This document shows positions 62,025-64,000 of a stretch of 64,000 nucleotides of DNA, one piece after another. How positions within the stretch are numbered: position 1 is the first letter of the stretch; every line of letters begins with the position of its first letter. The notes under the pieces were generated by a model that ran no database searches, had not been told where the DNA came from, and was given only the letters and a program-made list of their open reading frames with translations. This DNA is from Gemmatales bacterium (lineage in GTDB: Bacteria; Planctomycetota; Planctomycetia; Gemmatales; HRBIN36), in the NCBI GenBank assembly GCA_047602475.1, contig JASGHE010000002.1, positions 1,830,240-1,894,239 on the forward strand, in the 5' to 3' direction. Made by a program: the position numbers and the translations under genes.

Positions 62025-62612
62025 ATGGCAGCCAGCGTAGGCAGCAACGAGATGGAGGTGAACCTTACACCTCTCCTTGATTTAGTGCTGCAACTGATCA
62101 TGTTCTTCCTCGCCTGCCTCAACTTCGCGGCTGACCAGGTAAATGCCAATGTCATGTTGCCTGAGTCGCTGTCGGCGACGGAGATTCAGCCGAAGACGGA
62201 GCAGGAATACATCATGATCAACATCGAACTGGTCCGCAAGGATCGGCTGGCATCCAATGGCGAACCTGTTTACGGCACCGACGCCAAGCCGGTACGAGAT
62301 CCTGTCGAACCCCGGACGTTCCGATTCCGCATCCTGGGAGGTGATGACATCACTTTCATTGATCGGCCCGATCAGAAGGCTATTGGACTGGGGCGGGCGA
62401 TGAACCGCATGAAGCTCCTGGCCGAGAACTTGAAGTTGAGAATCGCCGCCAGGGATAAGGTCAACGTGACGACGATCAAAGAGCTGAAGGTGCCTGTTAT
62501 TGTCAGGGCTGACCAGGAAACGGAATATGTCATGATCTACGACCTCATTCAGCAGTGCAAGAACGCCGGCTTCCAGCGCATTGAGCTGCGAGCCTACAGC
62601 AAACTCAACTAG
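62025..62612 (+). CDS. exbD: ExbD/TolR biopolymer transport protein
   Basis: EVNLTPLLDLVLQLIMFFL is the ExbD N-terminal TM signature. Confidence 0.8.
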   Translation: MAASVGSNEMEVNLTPLLDLVLQLIMFFLACLNFAADQVNANVMLPESLSATEIQPKTEQEYIMINIELVRKDRLASNGEPVYGTDAKPVRDPVEPRTFRFRILGGDDITFIDRPDQKAIGLGRAMNRMKLLAENLKLRIAARDKVNVTTIKELKVPVIVRADQETEYVMIYDLIQQCKNAGFQRIELRAYSKLN

Positions 62613-62624
62613 CGGGATGCTTGC

Positions 62625-62712
62625 TCCTCCCCTTACCAAGGGGAGGCTGGGTGGGGTTTAATGTCATGGAGCAATTACCCCCTCCAGCTCCCCCTTGGAA
62701 AGGGGGAGAGAA
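62625..62712. repeat. Family-C' variant inverted-repeat element between the two exbD genes
   Basis: cctccccttaccaaggggaggctgggtggggtt...cccctccagctcccccttggaaagggggagag. Confidence 0.65.
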
Positions 62713-62752
62713 AGAAAATGACCTGCTTCTCAAGCAAAACTAACGAGGCGAT

Positions 62753-63310
62753 ATGCGACGGCGAAGGCATCGAGTCACTCATGAATCATCAGGCGGGGAG
62801 TTTTCCTCGACCTCGGTGTTCGTTACGCCCATGCTCGACATGGCGTTTCAGATCATGGCGTTCTTCGTCTTCACCTATAACCCCGCTGCCGTGGAAGGGC
62901 AGTTCCCCATTAGTCTGGCTCAAGGCGAAACGGCTGGGGACAAAGAGAACAAGACCGACGATAAGGTAGCGACCGATCAGCCTACCGAACTCAAGTCGAC
63001 GCTTTTCATCGAAGCACGTGCCAGAGAGAAGGGCAGGCTAGGCTCCCTGCGAGTGGGCACGACCGTGATTGAACCGGAAGCCAACGCACCGGATCATACT
63101 ACCGGGCTGATCAGGTCGCTGGACAAGGCCATGCTCGAACTGAAGAAGTCGAATCCCTCGGAAGACCGCATCACGATCAAGGGCACGCCGACACTGCACT
63201 GGGACGAATTGATGAAGGTTATCGATACGGCCCGCCGCCATATCGATCCGGTCACCAAGGAACGGCGCGACCTGTTCCCCCGTATCAGCCTCGGTGCTAT
63301 GGATCAGTAG
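62753..63310 (+). CDS. exbD: ExbD/TolR biopolymer transport protein (second copy)
   Basis: SVFVTPMLDMAFQIMAFFVF is the ExbD TM signature. Confidence 0.75.
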   Translation: MRRRRHRVTHESSGGEFSSTSVFVTPMLDMAFQIMAFFVFTYNPAAVEGQFPISLAQGETAGDKENKTDDKVATDQPTELKSTLFIEARAREKGRLGSLRVGTTVIEPEANAPDHTTGLIRSLDKAMLELKKSNPSEDRITIKGTPTLHWDELMKVIDTARRHIDPVTKERRDLFPRISLGAMDQ

Positions 63311-63329
63311 CAGTAAGATAGCAAGCAGT

Positions 63330-64000
63330 ATGAACCGACGAGTCATCACCTATGTTCTACTCTGCACGTCGCTGATCGTGATCGTCGTTGCTCAGCTCAG
63401 TTTTCGTCGCCCCAGCATGTGGCGCTGGATGCAGGCAGAGCCGGCAGCCGTCGCTACTGATCTATCGCCGATATCGACAGTACCAGCGCCAACCACTGAC
63501 CCCCAGGCACGTCGAGCACCTTTCCACATCCGAAAACGCTCGAGGGGGCGGCAGACCAGGAACCGTACCTGATACCTGCAGCCGATGCCTTACCGGAAAT
63601 GCAGGCCTCGGCGAAGGCCCAGCTCGATGCTCAGGCACGCTACCATCTTCTGACGCTGGCTAAAGACGCCGTTCCCCATGCTCTCGAATCGGATGGCCGT
63701 ACCGACATTCGATATTCGGCTTTGCTCCAGAAGCCCCATGTCTACCGGGGTGAGGTGGTTCGTATTCAGGGCGACCTGATCTGGCTCAGCGAACCGATGG
63801 AGATTCATGGCAAGCTGCCAGGTATCGAAGTGGTCTACCAGGGATTGATGGCTGATGATCAAACCGGGCATCAATTCCTTGTTCTCTTTATGGATTTGCC
63901 CCCCGGCATGCCTAAAAATCAATCTCAGTGGAGCCAGCTGTATCTCAGGAATGTTCTGTTCTCCGGCTATTTCTACAAGGTGGTGAAGTATACCAATTCC
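63330..64000 (+). CDS. membrane-anchored protein downstream of exbB-exbD-exbD (position of a TonB-like partner). Partial; the frame changes near 63500-63570
   Basis: MNRRVITYVLLCTSLIVIVVAQLSF (TM), then a Pro/Thr-rich segment. The long ORF to the window end (...QEPYLIPAADALPEMQ...VYRGEVVRIQGDLIWLSEPMEIHGKLPGIEVVYQG...) is in a different frame that opens after a TGA at 63497. An alternative is an independent gene starting at the ATG at 63599. Confidence 0.4.

Overview
This is a 64-kb high-GC (about 58-60%) chromosomal segment with Planctomycetota (Gemmata-like) hallmarks. Those include 'LEDRLTPS'-type N-termini, a PEP-CTERM protein, a Planctomycete cytochrome-c/WD40 protein, several ECF sigma factors and a Tat-signal Gfo/Idh/MocA oxidoreductase. 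About 60 protein genes and one tRNA-Arg(CCG) are supported. Housekeeping genes (E2 acyltransferase, IlvE, LolD/LolE, ThiL, HflX, ExbB/ExbD/ExbD, aldehyde dehydrogenase, flotillin) alternate with accessory content. The accessory content is: (i) three low-GC islets (S1/P1 nuclease region; ParE-type toxin-antitoxin plus ankyrin; a RelA/SpoT-domain toxSAS/CapRel-like protein with a divergent unknown gene); (ii) at least five families of short palindromic MITE/REP-like dispersed repeats (more than 20 copies), one pair of which brackets a retropepsin-like protease gene; (iii) a (CAACTGC)n microsatellite; (iv) at least 11 genes interrupted by single frameshifts (9) or in-frame stop codons (2). The disruptions are either real gene decay or systematic sequencing error (several frameshift sites sit where a 'gg' would have to be 'ggg'). 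No CRISPR array, integrase, transposase or rRNA was found. All calls come from reading the six-frame translations and the DNA; no database searches were run.
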